DNA from: the human T2T-CHM13v2.0 reference genome, Homo sapiens
Length of the DNA: 64,000 nt
Direction: 5' to 3' (one strand)
Assembly: GCF_009914755.1 (NCBI RefSeq)
Contig: NC_060927.1
The notes beneath the pieces were generated by a model that searched no databases, was not told the DNA's origin, and saw only the letters and a program-made list of their open reading frames with translations. The position numbers were made by a program, and so were the translations under genes. Each line of letters opens with the position of its first letter. The stretch's first letter is position 1. Positions 10,640 to 25,838 of this stretch are shown here, one piece after another.

Positions 10640-12140
10640 GTAACAAATCCATCATCTCACCAACTTATTTCCTTTGTAGTGAGAATATTAAAAATCTATT
10701 ATTTTAGCAATGTTTACATATACATTATTATTAACTGTGGTCACTATGCTTAATAATAGATTACTAAGGTTTATCTTGCCAGTCTGTGTGAAACTTTGTA
10801 CCCTCTGATCAACATCTCTTACTTCCCTGTCCTTCCCTGTCTCCCCTCAGCTACTGGTTACCAACTTTCTACTCTCTATTTCGATGAGATCAATATTTTT
10901 ACATTTTACATATAAGTGAGATTATATGGTATTTGTGTTTCTTTGTCTGGCTTATTTCACTTAGTTTAATGCCCTCCAGTTCTAATTATCTTCTTTTTAA
11001 GGCTATATAGTATTCCATTGTATATATACCACATTTTCTTTATCCATTCATCTGTTGATGGATATTTAGGTTCCTTCCATATCCTGGTTATTATGAATAA
11101 TGCTGAAATGAACATGGGAGTGCAGACACCTCTTCATCAAACAGATTTCAGTTCCTTTGGATATATGCTCAGAAGTGGGATTGTTGGGGTAATTCTACTT
11201 TTAGGTTTTGAGGAACCTCCATAGTATTTTCTAATATACCCGTACTAATTTTCATTCCCACAAACATTGTACAAGGGTTCCTTTTTTCCACATCTTTGCC
11301 AACACTTGTTATCTTTAGTCTGCTTTTGATACTAACCATTTTAACAGGTGTGAGGTGATATCTCTTTGTGACTTTAATTTGCATTAATTTGGCAATTAGA
11401 GGTTTTGAGCATTTTTCATGTATCTTGGACATTTGTATGTCTTCTTTTGAGAAATGCCTGTTGAAATCCTTTGCTCATTTTAAAATTGTTTGTTTTCTTG
11501 CTTTTGAGTTGATACGTTCCTTATAATATTTTGACTATTAGCCCCTTAACAGAGGTATTCTTTGCAAATATTTTCTTCTAATCACTGGATTGTCTCTTCA
11601 CTCTATTCGTTATTTCCTTTGCTGTGCAGAAAAAGCTTTTCAGTAGGATGAAATCCAACTTGCCTATTTCTTGCTTTTGTTGCTCATGCTTTTGGAGTCC
11701 TATTCAAGAAATCATTGCCCAGACCAATGTCATGGAGCTTTCTTCCTATGTTTTCTTCTAATACCATTAGTTTCAGGTCTTACATGTAAGTCTTTTATCC
11801 AGTTTGAGTTGAGTTTTTATATAATGTTAGTAAGGGTTCAGTTTCATTCTAATGCATGTAAATATCCAGTTTGCCAACACCATTTATTGAAGAGACTGTC
11901 CTTTCTCCATTGTGTATTCTTGGCACCTTTGTCAAAAATTAATTGACCGTAAACATGGTGTTTATTTCTGGGCTTTCTATTCTTTCCTATTGGCCAGTGT
12001 ATCATTTTTATGCCAGTACCTTGCTGTTTTGATTACAGTAGCTTTATAATCAGGGAGTGCAGTGTTTTCAGCTTTGTTCTTTTTGCTTAGGATTGCTTTG
12101 GCTATTTGGAGTCTCTTCTGGATCCATATGAGTTTTAAGA
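10640..12140 (-). mobile_element. L1MA-type 3' UTR/ORF2 end
   Basis: Antisense L1 3' end (ctatttcgatgagatc, cattttctttatccattcatc); ORF 11169-11432 is ORF2 C-terminus-like. Confidence 0.85.
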
Positions 12141-13489
12141 TGCTACTTTTGTCTAACTAGGAGTATTGTATGAAAGTTGGGGAATGTTAGAATTCAGTAA
12201 TTGAGAAGAATAATCAAACTCACTAGAAACCATTCTAAGGATTATAATCAATGTCTTAGATTTTCAGCAAGGGATTTTTCATGCTGAAATTTACTTCTTG
12301 GTTTAGGGTATCTAAAAGCTGAATAGCTGAAACCACCAGCATCCACTAAAAATCTTCATTCTGAATCACAATCTCAAATACAAGACAGGTAACATTTTTA
12401 TAAGCAAGAGAATAAATTCTAAAATGTTTATAAAAAGTTGATGGGAAGAAACAAATTAAGTAGAAGAAAGAAATCAAGTAGACATTAGGGAAGCAGAAGG
12501 AGTAGGAAGGAAGATAGAAGTTAAGTTGAAGATGGTCAAAATTAGATAATGAAAGGTTGATGAGAACAGTTTGGAACCCTAGCCTAAACTTATTGACACA
12601 TACTAGTCATCAATATCACACATATCATATATGCCAAGTCTTCAAATCACTATCACCAGCTGCATCTTTATCTAGCAAGAGGTGTTTCATTGGCAGCACA
12701 GAACAAAATACGTCATAGATACAAAGCATTCTACAACGATGAAAATCACCACTTCAAAAGTCAGAGTGTTTTCAACTTCTGGTTGAACACTTACTGTAGT
12801 AGAAATAAATAAATCAGTATGGATCAGCCTGGCTGTATTTTAAGAAAAAAAAGTTCTCTCTGCAGAAGATTGCAAATATAGGGATAAATTATAATTCCAA
12901 TGATCTTTTACTAGTGTTGTGGATGAAATCTTATAGATGCAGATATTTTAAAAACAATATAGGTTGCCATCTAAGAAACTGACACCTAGATATAGCACAC
13001 TATCCACTTTCCACATCACTTTTTTACAGTTTAAAATTAGGGATCACGAGAAATAAAGTTTGTGTAAAGGAACAGAAAAGACTGCACAGCAATATGCCTG
13101 TTGAATTTAATTGTTTCGCATAAAGTCGTGGCATAACAACATAAAATACAATTATACACTTAAATTTCTTGCCCCTCCCTAATAAGATGACTTTTAAATA
13201 TCTTCACGGATCTCAGAAAAAGAAGTGTGAATAGTGAGTGTGGCCCACTCTGTCATAAAACTTGTCTATGAAGAGAAAGGATGATAGACAAGGGGAAGAA
13301 GTAGAATCAAATAATTTGAAATATAGGAGGCATGTTATTTAGATATAATTTAGCAAACTTTCATTTACACGTGATGTTTCTTAAAAGTGGCTTTGAAAAC
13401 TGGGGGAAAAGGAGAAATTTTTAGTGAAATTTTCTTATTGGTGTAAAGTCATATGCACAGAGCTATTCAAAACATAAAAAAGCTTCAGT

Positions 13490-13625
13490 ATATAATTACA
13501 CCATTTAATTCTTTAACAAGTCTATGAAATGTTTGTTATTACCATTTCACAGATTTGGAAACTGAGGTTCACACACTGGAAAGTGCAAGAGCCAGTATTT
13601 AACTCAGATCTTCTTATTTCACACA
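13490..13625 (-). mobile_element. MIR
   Basis: Core ccatttcacagatttggaaactgaggttcac. Confidence 0.7.
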
Positions 13626-14629
13626 CTGTGTTCTTCACACCATCATGTGCACCTTTCTATAAGTTTGTATAGAATTTCAAAACAAACTGCAATCAAAATG
13701 CTATCCCATAAAGCTATCTTTCATTAAAGTCAGGCCTGTTAGAGCTGTGTCTACGTAAAAAGGCTTATGGAAATTTATTTGCTCAAACATATAGCTAATG
13801 GGTTGTATGTAATTAATGATTCTCAAACATTATTTAGAACCCTTAAATTATTGTGTCATATTAAATGATTTTAAAATGAAATAATAATGCAACAATTGAC
13901 TAAGTTTTATCAAATATATTTCCCTCAAGATATGGGAGAATATGAGCTGTCTTCCTAGCTAGCTATTTCACTTAAACCAAAACAGACAGATCAAGAATTA
14001 CACAATAATTGGACCAAAATCACTGTAGGCTTGCTGAAGAAAAAATAATAATATTGGCAATTGGCAACTTTTATTTTAGACAATTAAATAAAAAGTCTTA
14101 AGATGAAAACACTCTCTGATTAGATGTGCTCATATGCATTACATTGTGACCCCTGCCCAGGAACACCAATCAAGAAGATGAAATAAATAGTGTTCCACAT
14201 GCAAGGAGAAACCTCACAGAGAAGGCATCTTTCCAGGGATTGCTGCGTTTTCTGAAGTGTCATGTGTTATTTATTCTGATGATCCCCTTAAGAGCATAGT
14301 GTTATAATCCATACCCTGATGCTATAAAACGTGTTTGATGATTCAGATTCAAGTATATAAATATTGGAATGACCTAGCAAATTTATGTCATTTATTTTTA
14401 GATTCAGGTTTCTTTACTTACATCAGAACTATTGACATTTTTCAGCTAAAATGCCAACTCTAATGTGAAATCAACTTTGTTTCTAGTTTGATTTTACAAG
14501 TAGTTTTATGTTAACAATTGGATAAATACCAGAAAAATGAGAATTTCCCAAACATTTTGGGAAGTAATCAGTAAAGCTTTCATTAAAGTAAAAATATTAA
14601 TAATCTAAACAGTTTCTTACTGGATTCCA

Positions 14630-14780
14630 AAAGTCAAGAAGAGCCCAGATGTTGTTAATTAGCTGTATGATCTTGGAAAATTTTGTAAACTTTTTGGCCC
14701 TCAGTTGTTTCATCTCTGAAATGAAAGATATTAATAAATAAATTTTAAAAAGATAATATTTACCTATGTACTAACTCTTT
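14630..14780 (+). mobile_element. MIR
   Basis: ttagctgtatgatcttgg...cctcagttgtttcatctctgaaatg. Confidence 0.65.
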
Positions 14781-17043
14781 GACTCAATATGCTTTTAATT
14801 AACTTAATACAATACCAAGTTATAATTACTTAAAACAACACATATATGTCTTTTCAACTTGAATAGTACTTATTGTTGCCATCTCAGGATTGGAAGAGAA
14901 AAAAAAAAAGAAAATGTGATGATGGAAAGGCCAACTGTGTCACTGTCAGCCCTGTTATGGTTTTCTGCAGGAAAAGTATATCTCCCAAAAGAAGATCAAC
15001 AAAATCCATGATGTCAATGGTTGGAACTACTGAAGATGACTAGTATTGCAGCACTTTCCTCTCATTCAGTTCTTCTAAGAGTTCAATGATAAGAGATACT
15101 ACATAACTATAAGTTCTCTTTTGCCCTGATGTGTAACCCAACCACAGGGATGTTTTAATAAACTACAAAAAAAGTGTTTAATTTTAATTCCATGGCAAAC
15201 ACTATTTTAAACTCATTGTTATCATGGTAGTCATGATAATAGAGTAACAAAATTTATCCTGGAAGTTATAGTTTTATGATTGTTTTCCCATTTCCTTTTT
15301 TGTTTCGATATACCCTTCAGATTGGACTGATAGTAGATTGTTTTACAAACTTGTAACTTTGGGCTATTTTTATAATCATCATTATGCATGGAGTTTTTTT
15401 TTAATTTGTGACTTCGTGAAACTAAATTCTATAATGATCTTAGCTATTGCTAATGCACAGTCTGACATTCATCCAAAGAATCCTTCAGGACCTATAGTGG
15501 GAGATGAGATAATTAAGCATAGAAATTTCTGGGTCTTCTGTGGTTTCTAGAACTGCATGGTGCTGGGCATTCCCAGTGCACAAGGAGACAGGTACAGGGC
15601 AACATGGAATCCCAAAGAGCAATTCACACAGAAGCTGGAGAAGAACTGTTGGTTATAAGGAGTGTTAAGTGGAAAGGGGACTAGAGGATTACATTTGCTT
15701 TGCCAGTGGGGAGACTTAAATTGAGCATTTTCAGAAAGTTTTTCTGAAAATTACTTCTTCCTGCATGCAAAGGACCTAAGAGCCAGAGTACTAGGTTTCA
15801 GTGTATGGATACATAATTGAGAATTTAGAAACAATTAGGAGCTCAGGTCTGTTTGGGAGAAATACATAAATCTATAGAGGGATCACAGGCTGTAACTGAA
15901 ACACAATTAAGCCATCATGAAACATTTTAACGTTAAAGTCCAGAATCATTTTAAAACTGAAAACGTAAAGATGACAACTATAGGAGGACATGTGACCTGG
16001 AATTGGAAGACTCCTAAAAAACCTAACCAGAAATCTTCACTGATGAAGAATTTGAAGTTTAGATCATTTAAAGAACTTGCTTAAAATCATCTAGCAATGT
16101 AAAAGCAGAGATCCAGCTAAATATTCTCCTAATGTCTCAGTTGTTCTAGTTGGAACTTAGCCTCTGGTGCCCACCTATCGAACTCTGTGTTTCTTTTCAC
16201 ACTTGGTGTTCTTGAACAAGTAGATTTTAATCACTGTTACCAGTTCTTGAAGATATTCTGGCTTCTCATCTTCTCAGGCAACTGAAACTCTTCTTGTTAA
16301 GGTCTCCTATTACCACTCTTTTGCTAATTTAATATATATTTTTCAGTTACTACCTTATTTGACCATGCTGCATGAAACAAAAATCTAATTTAAAAGGAAT
16401 GATGTGCACAGCAGAGTCTGGATTTCTCACATCCTCCTTAATTCTCTGAACTCACTATTTCTTTATTAAAGAATAAAGAAATATTCTTTATGATAACATG
16501 AGCTGTCCATGGTATTATATAAATATTATAACTAACAGATGGCTTTAAAGTTAACCAGCAAAATTGAGTAACTATAATCCTTTGATAAAATATCACAGTT
16601 TTGATAACTTCAGTGGTTTCTTTCAAGTGAACATTTATTGAGATTCCTTCTATTTATTGTTATTTATGCAAGTTATTTATGTAAAAAAAAATGAACAACA
16701 TTCCAATAGTAGAATTTGTTTCTCAAGAATAATAAATAGAAAAGGGAAGTGACTTCAGTAAGTTGTATGATTTCAAACTTGACAAAATTAAATGATCCAA
16801 GGTTGATGTCAATCTGTTCCTTTATATTGAGAGTTCTTAGAGAAATTCTCTTACGACATCACTTGTACTTTTATCATGAGAGACACTTCCATATATATAA
16901 TTTATTCATTTTTTGCTTCAGTTTAAAACCATTTATCTAGTTGTGTCTTCTGTGAAAGAAGAGAATGGCTCAATTCTTTCCTTACAGTAAAATTTTAGTT
17001 CAATGGTAATTTTAAGATAATTCTAATTTTTAATATTTAATCA

Positions 17044-17495
<452 letters not shown>

Positions 17496-19608
17496 AGGAA
17501 AAATATATAAAGCCTCCATTTTTTCTTAATATTACTGAAAGTATTTCTATATCCCGAGCTAGTCTAAAGTAAAGTATATCTTTTAGGTAAAATTAATGAC
17601 ACAATTAAAACTTTTAAATACTGAGTACAAAGTGCAACTCTACTAGTTATGTCATAACTGTAGGGGTAGTTTTAGAATTCAGACAAGCAGTTAGTTATCT
17701 GAAAATGTTTGATATCTGTGGAACATCAATGCATTTCACAAAATCTCACTTTAAAAACTCTCTCTAAAATCAAGAATTAAAGACCTGCTTCGTTCTCTCC
17801 TCACCCTCTTTCTTTATCTATTTCTTCTTCTCTGTTTTCAATATTCTCTTTCAGTATTGGCATAGGTTTACAATCTTAACCACACACTGTCAGTATCTAT
17901 TACTCTCAGTATATAAAATTTTATCTTATTTTAGCCAGAGAACACAGAAATAGACAGTTAGTATAACACAATAAATTTTTATTAGTGAACTAATTCTCCA
18001 GGCTAAGACTGGGATATTGTTAAGGTTTTCTACCTTCCATGACATCCTGCTATGCTATAAACAGATGCATTTTAAGGAATGAAAAATTTATATGTTTATT
18101 TTTTTTTTCCTTTCTGTGTGGTAAAACCTTATTTTTATAAAATAAAAGGCAAATCATGAAGAAATGTAATTGGGGGTCTGAAATACACCAGATGACTAAC
18201 CTCATGGCAAATCTTTTCTGAATGCTCTGGAGTGGAGTAAAGGTTCAAACTTTTTTCTTGAGAGAGGGAATGAGGAATATGATAGCTGCAGAGAAACATG
18301 TTATCATTTCCCTTCCTCCTTCCACAGAGAAATAAAAGGTCTCCTCATCCAAATCATGTTTTAGACTGCATAGGTCCCCAAGACTTATGTTTGTGGGAGG
18401 TGTGGAAGAGGATCCAGCACAGTCTGTGATTCTGCTGAGGTATAGCAGAAAATTGGGATAGGCAGAGAAATGACACTCCTTTGGACCAAAGTGATGCTTC
18501 TTATTTTCTGGCATTAGAAACCTGTTTCTGACCTTGATGGGGCAGCTTATTTACTACATCGTTCTGTGTTCTCTGGGGGCAAAAAATAAAAAAAAAAAAA
18601 AAAAAGGGATGAATTTAATTACATCCTAATTACATCCTTGTCAAGAGGTAATTCCATCTCAAAAATTAATTTTCAGTGCTTTGGAGTTATTGCACATTAA
18701 AAAATATTGTCACACAAAAAACATGGGTGGCCTGTCACAAACATTATGAAACTATTGACCTTACATAGCTTCATCTGCACAACTATTGATTTTTTTCTGT
18801 CTTTATTTTGACCTTTCATATGATTTCATCTAAGATTCATCACGGTGGAAATGTCAGGTTTAAGGGTATGCTTTTATTGTTTGGGGAGAGCAATCTTGGA
18901 AATGGTTTACTACTTATCTATTTGAGGCAGTAGGCTGGATTCATCAATGCTGAAATGATTCAGCATCAAGTTATCATACTTATTTTTCCAGAGGCTTCCA
19001 GATTGCTCTTTTTTCCCCCAAAAGTAAATTGGGTTGTCACTTTGGGTTTTAGATGCCAATAATTCTTTAACTGGGCTGTAAAACACTAAGCCCATGAATA
19101 CTTTTAATTTGAGGTTTTCCTGGGCTCTGAGTGATACAATGACCTCAATATAGTTTCTGCTAGTCGGGAAGGTGATGGGAGCAATAACACATATATTCAA
19201 ATCAATTACTGGATATTTTCAGAAATCAATATGCAATTTATTAATGTAATTTTATCATTTAAATAAATTATCTTGTCCAAATTTTCAAACTAGAGTCTTC
19301 CTATTTTCCTTTCCCCCTACCCTTACTACCTTGGGAGACAAATAGAGTTTTAAAAACCCCCAATGGGTCTGTGACCCAAATATCATCTGAAAATCTATCT
19401 CTCTTTTGCTTGGTTAGCTTTTTTAAAGTGACATTTACAGTTTGTAAAAAAAAAATAAACCAGGGACTTCTATTGAATTGTGAATAATTTAAGTGTAAAT
19501 AGACTGACTTTTATTAGTATAAAAATTGGAAGAAGAGTCAACAAATTATTTGTTAACTATAGACTAGCTTCAAAGCAGCCAACAGCTGTTAAAAATCATA
19601 TTTCCAGG

Positions 19609-19778
19609 CAGGACAGGCTATCTTAATTTTCAAGGCTCAGTGTAAAATGAAAAGGCGGAGCTCTTTATTCAAATGTTATTAAGAATGTTAAGACAACAGC
19701 AAACTTTAAGTGCAAGGCACTTCTAAGCATGAGGTGTGGTGTGACTACACAGGTTTCATGTTCATGAATCTGGCCCTG
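19609..19778 (-). mobile_element. MER45A (hAT-Tip100) MITE
   Basis: Ends caggacaggct...tggccctg; perfect 8-bp TSD tttccagg at 19601-19608 and 19779-19786. Confidence 0.85.
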
Positions 19779-22154
19779 TTTCCAGGTCCTAGCTATGAAA
19801 ATTTAACGTTGTAATTTTATTTGCTGATGAAGAAGAACAGACTTTCTCAAACTACTGGTTTTCCTTTCTAAAGAAAGCAACTTTAAACTGAGATGATCCA
19901 TATACAGATCACTAAAATGTCATTAGTTAAGTAAAATTAACAAAAAATGTTTAGATGCTAAGCTATGCAAAATATCATTTTGCTTGACTATTTGTTTTTT
20001 AAGCCTCTGAGTTAGAGAAATATTTTGAATTTTGTACCACTAGCTAAAGTAAAAATGAAATAAAAGACAGTTAATTACATTTCGTCATTCCTATACCCAC
20101 ATTTCCTGTTTATGGAAGGCAAACTCAGAAGCTTCAAGTATCTCTCCATCTGTCAGCAGATTTGCAGAGAAAAGTACTGCTAATGAAAATGGCAGTACAC
20201 ACAAGGTGACCTTTAGAAGTTACCCACTATTCTCAAAATGACACTGCTTTCCATGGCAAATAAGAAACTATGATCTGGGTTTCGTGTTTGCAAGCACTGG
20301 TTATCAAAGCAGCAATAATTGATTTTAAAGGAAAGAAAGCATTACAGTATGATTTATATCATTTATTAATGAAACATTTTCCTATTGGCTGGAAAAAATA
20401 TTCCTAGAAAATATCATGCTATAAAAAAACAAGATTTATTCTGTATGATTCTTGAATTCTAAATATTTGCAGTAATTTAAAACCAAGTCACTGTACTAAA
20501 ATGCAATTACATTTTTAGTGGCATACTTTTTTCCTTTTTAATTGAATGGAAAAACTAAGACTTTAAAAAAATCTATAATGTTTTAATTATGGTATTTGAT
20601 TCAGTGAGGAACAATCCTCCTAACGAGAGCTGACCTATATAGTGACATTGCCTAGTATATTATTTAATCAAATTTTTCCTTCAATTCCAGCACTTACTAC
20701 TTCCATTTACATATTCAAAGCAGATGCTTTTATGCTAGCATGTATATTAATGTTAATTGAAGTTATTCAGGTGGATGACAAAGAAAATTGGACCCCTTAG
20801 GGTATCCTCTTCCCTTGTAGTTAAGAAAAATCTGTGTATCTAAATTTGAACAAAATACTCTACACCACATGTCATTATACATTTTCTAAGCATTTAATCA
20901 TGCTACTGAGAATGTCTCTGACAAGATATATGTTTCATATGTTTCATCTGACATAATGAACTGGTTTTTTTTAAAAAAGTTCTGCATAAATTCTGAAATG
21001 TAATTTTGACTATAAAATTATAAGGAAAATAGTTTATTACTTTTTTGAGAATAATTTTATTCTGACAAAAGAAGTAAATACAAGGTAGGAAAAAGGTATA
21101 TGCATATAAGAGAAAAAACTAAATAAATATATAGGTGAAAAACTATTAAACCGATGTGAGTTATCAGTTCATAGAATAAAGCATATATACTTGAGAATGA
21201 GGGATGGAAGAATATTAGGGGGGATGGGTGGATACCTCATTTGTCTAGTTAATATGTCAAATGATCATGTTTGTATAAATTAGTACTCAGGTCTGTTTCT
21301 AAGTCATGGGAGTTTAAAAAGGAAAACACTAAACTTATGAAACTTGTTAAATATTTAAAGTCTTTTGTACTCTACAGAAGACAAAGCTCTAGAAATCTAA
21401 CTATTTAATTCTATATTCAAATCCTCACATAAAAAAATTTGAGGTCTGATAAAATTGTAAAACGTAAATGGTCTCTATTGACTTTAAGCAGAATAAAACT
21501 GGAAAGAAAATAAAATCTTCCCCACAATAGCGCCACAGGGAGAAAGAAACACAGTTTGAAGGCAAAAGAGAAATTACAGATAGTAATTTTTAGTGGAAAT
21601 ATGAAAAGCTGAAACAGAGCTGAGAAACAACGTAGCAACTGAAAATTACTTATTAAAATAATCAGATTAAATAAGATACTGATGGAAATGTAAGTCTGAA
21701 TTCAGTTCTCATGTACTTAGTCTATGAATTGAAGCAATTTTTCTCTTTAAAAAAAAAATGCAGCTTCTGTTGACTGAGTGACCGTCCATAGCAAGCACAG
21801 AACCACAGGGGTTTATAAGAATTTCTAATCCTCTTCCAAAGCATACTTAGAAACCTTATTTTCCCAACCTGTCCCTCACAGACCCTTCACTTTTCCTATG
21901 ATTGCTTCTTCCTTTTATGCTTATGTAGATTTCCATTTTCCTCTTCTTCAAAGATTCCTGCTTAACAGATATTTTGAGGGATAACTCAAATGCCACCTCC
22001 AATTCTAAGACTCTCTTGAACCTCTCAGAGCAAAGGGGAGCTCCCTTCCTCTGAATACATCTAGATAATTTTTAGTCTTTGGGGACATATTTCTTTCTTC
22101 TAACTTGTTTCTTTATGCATATCATTTTTTCCCTGCTACCAGATTCTAAGATTT

Positions 22155-22171
22155 CTTTGCTTTCCTTCTTT

Positions 22172-22251
<80 letters not shown>

Positions 22252-22627
22252 TTTCTTTCGTCTCTTTCTCTTTCTTTCTTTCATCTCTTTCTCTTTCTTT
22301 CTTTCTTTCTTTCTCTCTTTCTCTCTTTCTCTCTTTCTTTCTTTCGATGGAGCTTCGCTCTTTTTGCTCAGGCTGGAGTGCAATAGTATGATCTCGGCTC
22401 ACTGCAACCTCCACCTCCTGGGTTCAAGCAGTTCTCCTGCCTCAGCCTCCTAAGTAGCTGGGATTATAGGCATCTGCCACCACGCCCAGCTCATTTTTGC
22501 ATTTTTTAGTAGAGATGGGGTTTCACCATGTTGGTCAGGCTGGTCTCAAACTCCTGACCTCAGGTGATCCACCTGCCTCGGCCTCCCAAAGTGCTAGGAT
22601 TACAGACGTGAGCCACTGTGCACAGCC
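22155..22627 (-). mobile_element. AluSq/Sp-like element with tail expanded into (GAAA)n
   Basis: Antisense Alu at ~22346-22627; TSD cagattctaag at 22140-22150 and 22628-22638. Confidence 0.95.
22160..22345. repeat. Compound (TTTC)n/(TC)n microsatellite
   Basis: About 185 bp of nearly pure pyrimidines. Confidence 0.95.
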
Positions 22628-22794
22628 CAGATTCTAAGTTTTTTAAAGAAAAATATATGATGAATTTACACTGATGTGTAAATGTCTTTTGCACATACAC
22701 ATTCAGGAAATATTTAGTAGATAAATGTGAGTCAATGAGTTTTAACATTCCAGTGTTTTCTAACCTCTTTCTAAAGAGCCATCCCATTCTGAAC

Positions 22795-23425
22795 AGTGTT
22801 AATCATGGTTCCACACTACTTTGGAGGTACGCTGGCTGGGCCTAATTCCAGGATTTTATACTCACTGGTGTGTGATCTCAAGCAGAGATCTCACTTAACA
22901 TCTCTGCCTCAATTTCTTCAACTGTAAAATGGGGATAATAATATAGGGCTTTCATGAGGAATAAATAGGTTAATTCATTACTTTGCTAGGGTTGCCGTAA
23001 TCAAGCACCATCGACTATGTGGCTCAAACAACAGAAATGTATTTCTTGCCTATTTGGAAGTTGGAATTCCAAGATAGAGGTGTGAGCAAGTTTGGTTTCC
23101 TCTGCTGCCTCACCTTGGCTTGCAGATGGCCTTCCTTTCACTGTGTCCTCACTGGTCTTTTCTCTGTGTGTGCACATCCCTGGAGTCACTCTGTATGTAG
23201 AAATGTCTTATTTTTATAAGGACAGCAGTGACATTGGATTAGGGCTCACTCTTATGGCCTCATTTTAACTCAATCACTTCTTTAAAGGCCTTATCTAGAA
23301 ATACTCTGAGGTACAGGGGTCTAGGCTTCAACATTTGAATTTTGAAGGGATCTAATTCAGCCCCTAGCATCCGTGTAAAGTACATAAAACAGTACCTGGT
23401 GCATGATACTCACTCAGTGAGCCTG
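22795..23425 (+). mobile_element. MIR split by an MLT1B insertion
   Basis: Core gcctcaatttcttcaactgtaaaatgggg; the 3' part resumes at ~23370 (tgtaaagtac...tacctgg). Confidence 0.7.
22974..23369 (-). mobile_element. MLT1B MaLR solo LTR
   Basis: aaacaacagaaatgtatttc, ggcttgcagatggcc and the terminus aattcagcccctagca. Confidence 0.85.
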
Positions 23426-25614
23426 GAGGTAGTGGTGATGGTATTTCTCTCACTTCAGCCTTGTTTCCTTTGGCTTCTGATAATTTTTGGTATGTTCATC
23501 TACTTTTGTTAACGAATACCTCCTTTTTCTTATAATCTAAAATAATTTGAAATTCATACTCCTATGGGCAGCTATCCTATGCCTAGTTACGTTAAAACCA
23601 ACTTGCCATCTGCTAATCTAACATCTATAAATATTTCATTATTTTATTATGTTTATCTGGAATTTTAACCTAGGAATCTCCTATTTTCTATACTCTGCTT
23701 ATTAAAAAGGTACTGCATGTTACTTAAGTTGCGATGCATTTTCCATTACCATAGGATTATTCAAGAGATAGCAGTGATTGAAATATGAGAGATTTAAGTA
23801 GTTTGATAGAAGTGTATCAAATTTCAAATATATTACATGCACAATATATTGTATGAGAAAGATTGTTACTGATATGAGGTAATAGTGAAATACTGAAAGT
23901 TATATTACCTGAGTCACTATATTAAGAATAATTTGTGACTCTCAGGGAATTTCAGATGGCACAAAAAATAAAAAAAATCAATTCATAGGCATATTATAAT
24001 CTAGAAATATTTTCATGGAATCCCCTTAATAATATCAGTGTCCAGTGACTGAGTTTTAATGTACAGATAGACAACAGCAGCTGTTCCTGGTAACATTTTG
24101 CAGCATTATATGCAATAGTAGAGTAGTTTAGCTTTGAAATTTTAAATCAGCTACCCTTTATTCTTCTTTTCGGCATACTGGATTAAACAATATAAATCTT
24201 ATGTTTTTATTCTGAATAACTAGCTTAGTAGTGATTAAGCAAGGGGGAAAATGACTTAATCATGAAAATAACCTAAGCAGGAAGAGAAAATCACTCCATC
24301 TTCAGAGATTTAACTACCCATAGTCCATTCTTAAGGAAAATTGAATTAATGACATTTCCTTAGAAAACATTTGGAACTTAAGGAGCTTAAACTTTTATAA
24401 CTTGAAGCAGAAATATGTGCTTTTTACAGAAGTTTCAGCGTTTTAGGTTTCAGTCAAGCAAATGGTCTTGGTAGAAATTGGATGCACACATCATGAAACA
24501 GTAAAAACCTTCCCCACTGCAAAGAACAAAATGATTCTAAACAAAATACTGAACTGCTGGAATAGTAGAAGGCATGGGAAATCTGATGAGATTTCTAAGA
24601 AGTATGATTTGCCTCATTGCAGATCCTCTGAAATTAAATGTGAACGTCTTAATTTGCATGAAAACTGCCTAACCAATCCACTGATGCTCCTGAGCACAAT
24701 ATTGTGTAGCAAAACTTTATGAATTCCAAAAGGAGCTTATATCAGTGATTTTCCCATTATACAGTAGCTTCTCACTGGTAACTGTAGAGTTCAGTCTTAC
24801 AAATACTGTGAACAAATCTTTTGCCAATGAAACCACAAGTCTGTTTTATGAGGGAGGTTAAGCCTGAAACCGGTAACCTTTAAACCTTGTCATGTTTAAA
24901 TTCAGCTCTATTTTGAATTAAACAGGAATGTTTACTGCTGAAAGTGATAAACAGTAAATTACATTATGAAATATAAAAGTACTTTATAATGCAAGCAACC
25001 ATCTCTTATATATTTACTAATCTATGCCATATATTGTTTTCATGAGTGCAATTCTTATTTTTAATTGACATTTTTATTGAAATGATTGTAGATTCACATG
25101 CAAATATAAGAAATAATACAGAGATCCCTTGTGTACTTTGTCCTCCAGTTTTCCACTCAATAGTAACATCTTGCAAAACTGTAGTGAAATATCACAACCA
25201 GGACATTGACATTGATATAATCCATCAATTTTATTCAACTTTCCCTACTTTTACTTGTCCTCATTTATATGTGTGTGTGTTTGTGTGTGTGTGTATATGC
25301 TAAGCTTTATAAAATTGTATCACCTATGTATGTTTGTGTGTCAAGATACTGGACAGTACCAACACTGCAAAGATCCCCCCACGTTGCTTTTTAATAATCA
25401 CACCTCTCTTCATCCCCTCTCTTCTGTCACTAAATACTGGCAAACATTAAATTCTCTTCCATTTCTAAAACTTTATCATGTTAAAGATATGAGGTAAATG
25501 GAATCATACAGTATATAACTTTCGGATATTTGCTTTTTTCACTCAGAGTAATTTGAGGTTCATCGAAGTTGTAGCAGTACTACATTCATTTTTATTGCTG
25601 AATGATATTCCTTG

Positions 25615-25838
25615 GTGTGTGTGTGTATATATATATATATGTATATGTGTGTATATATATATGTATATGTGTGTATATATATGTATATGTGTGTATATAT
25701 ATGTATATGTGCATATATATGTATATGTGTATGTATATGTATCTGTGTGTATATATATGTATATGTGCATATATATGTATATGTGTATGTATATGTATAT
25801 GTGTATATATGTATATGTGTATATATACACACATATAT

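Noticed and set aside
18616-18638. Short tandem duplications (taattacatcc x2; similar at ~20927, ~57391, ~59117, ~60665)
   Set aside because: Common slippage products with no sign of function.
18245-19200. 89-aa and 96-aa minus-strand ORFs in unique DNA
   Set aside because: No recognisable domain or convincing exon boundaries; lengths are compatible with chance.
22072-22453. KERK-repeat and FFLS-repeat ORFs
   Set aside because: Translation of (GAAA)n plus Alu sequence.
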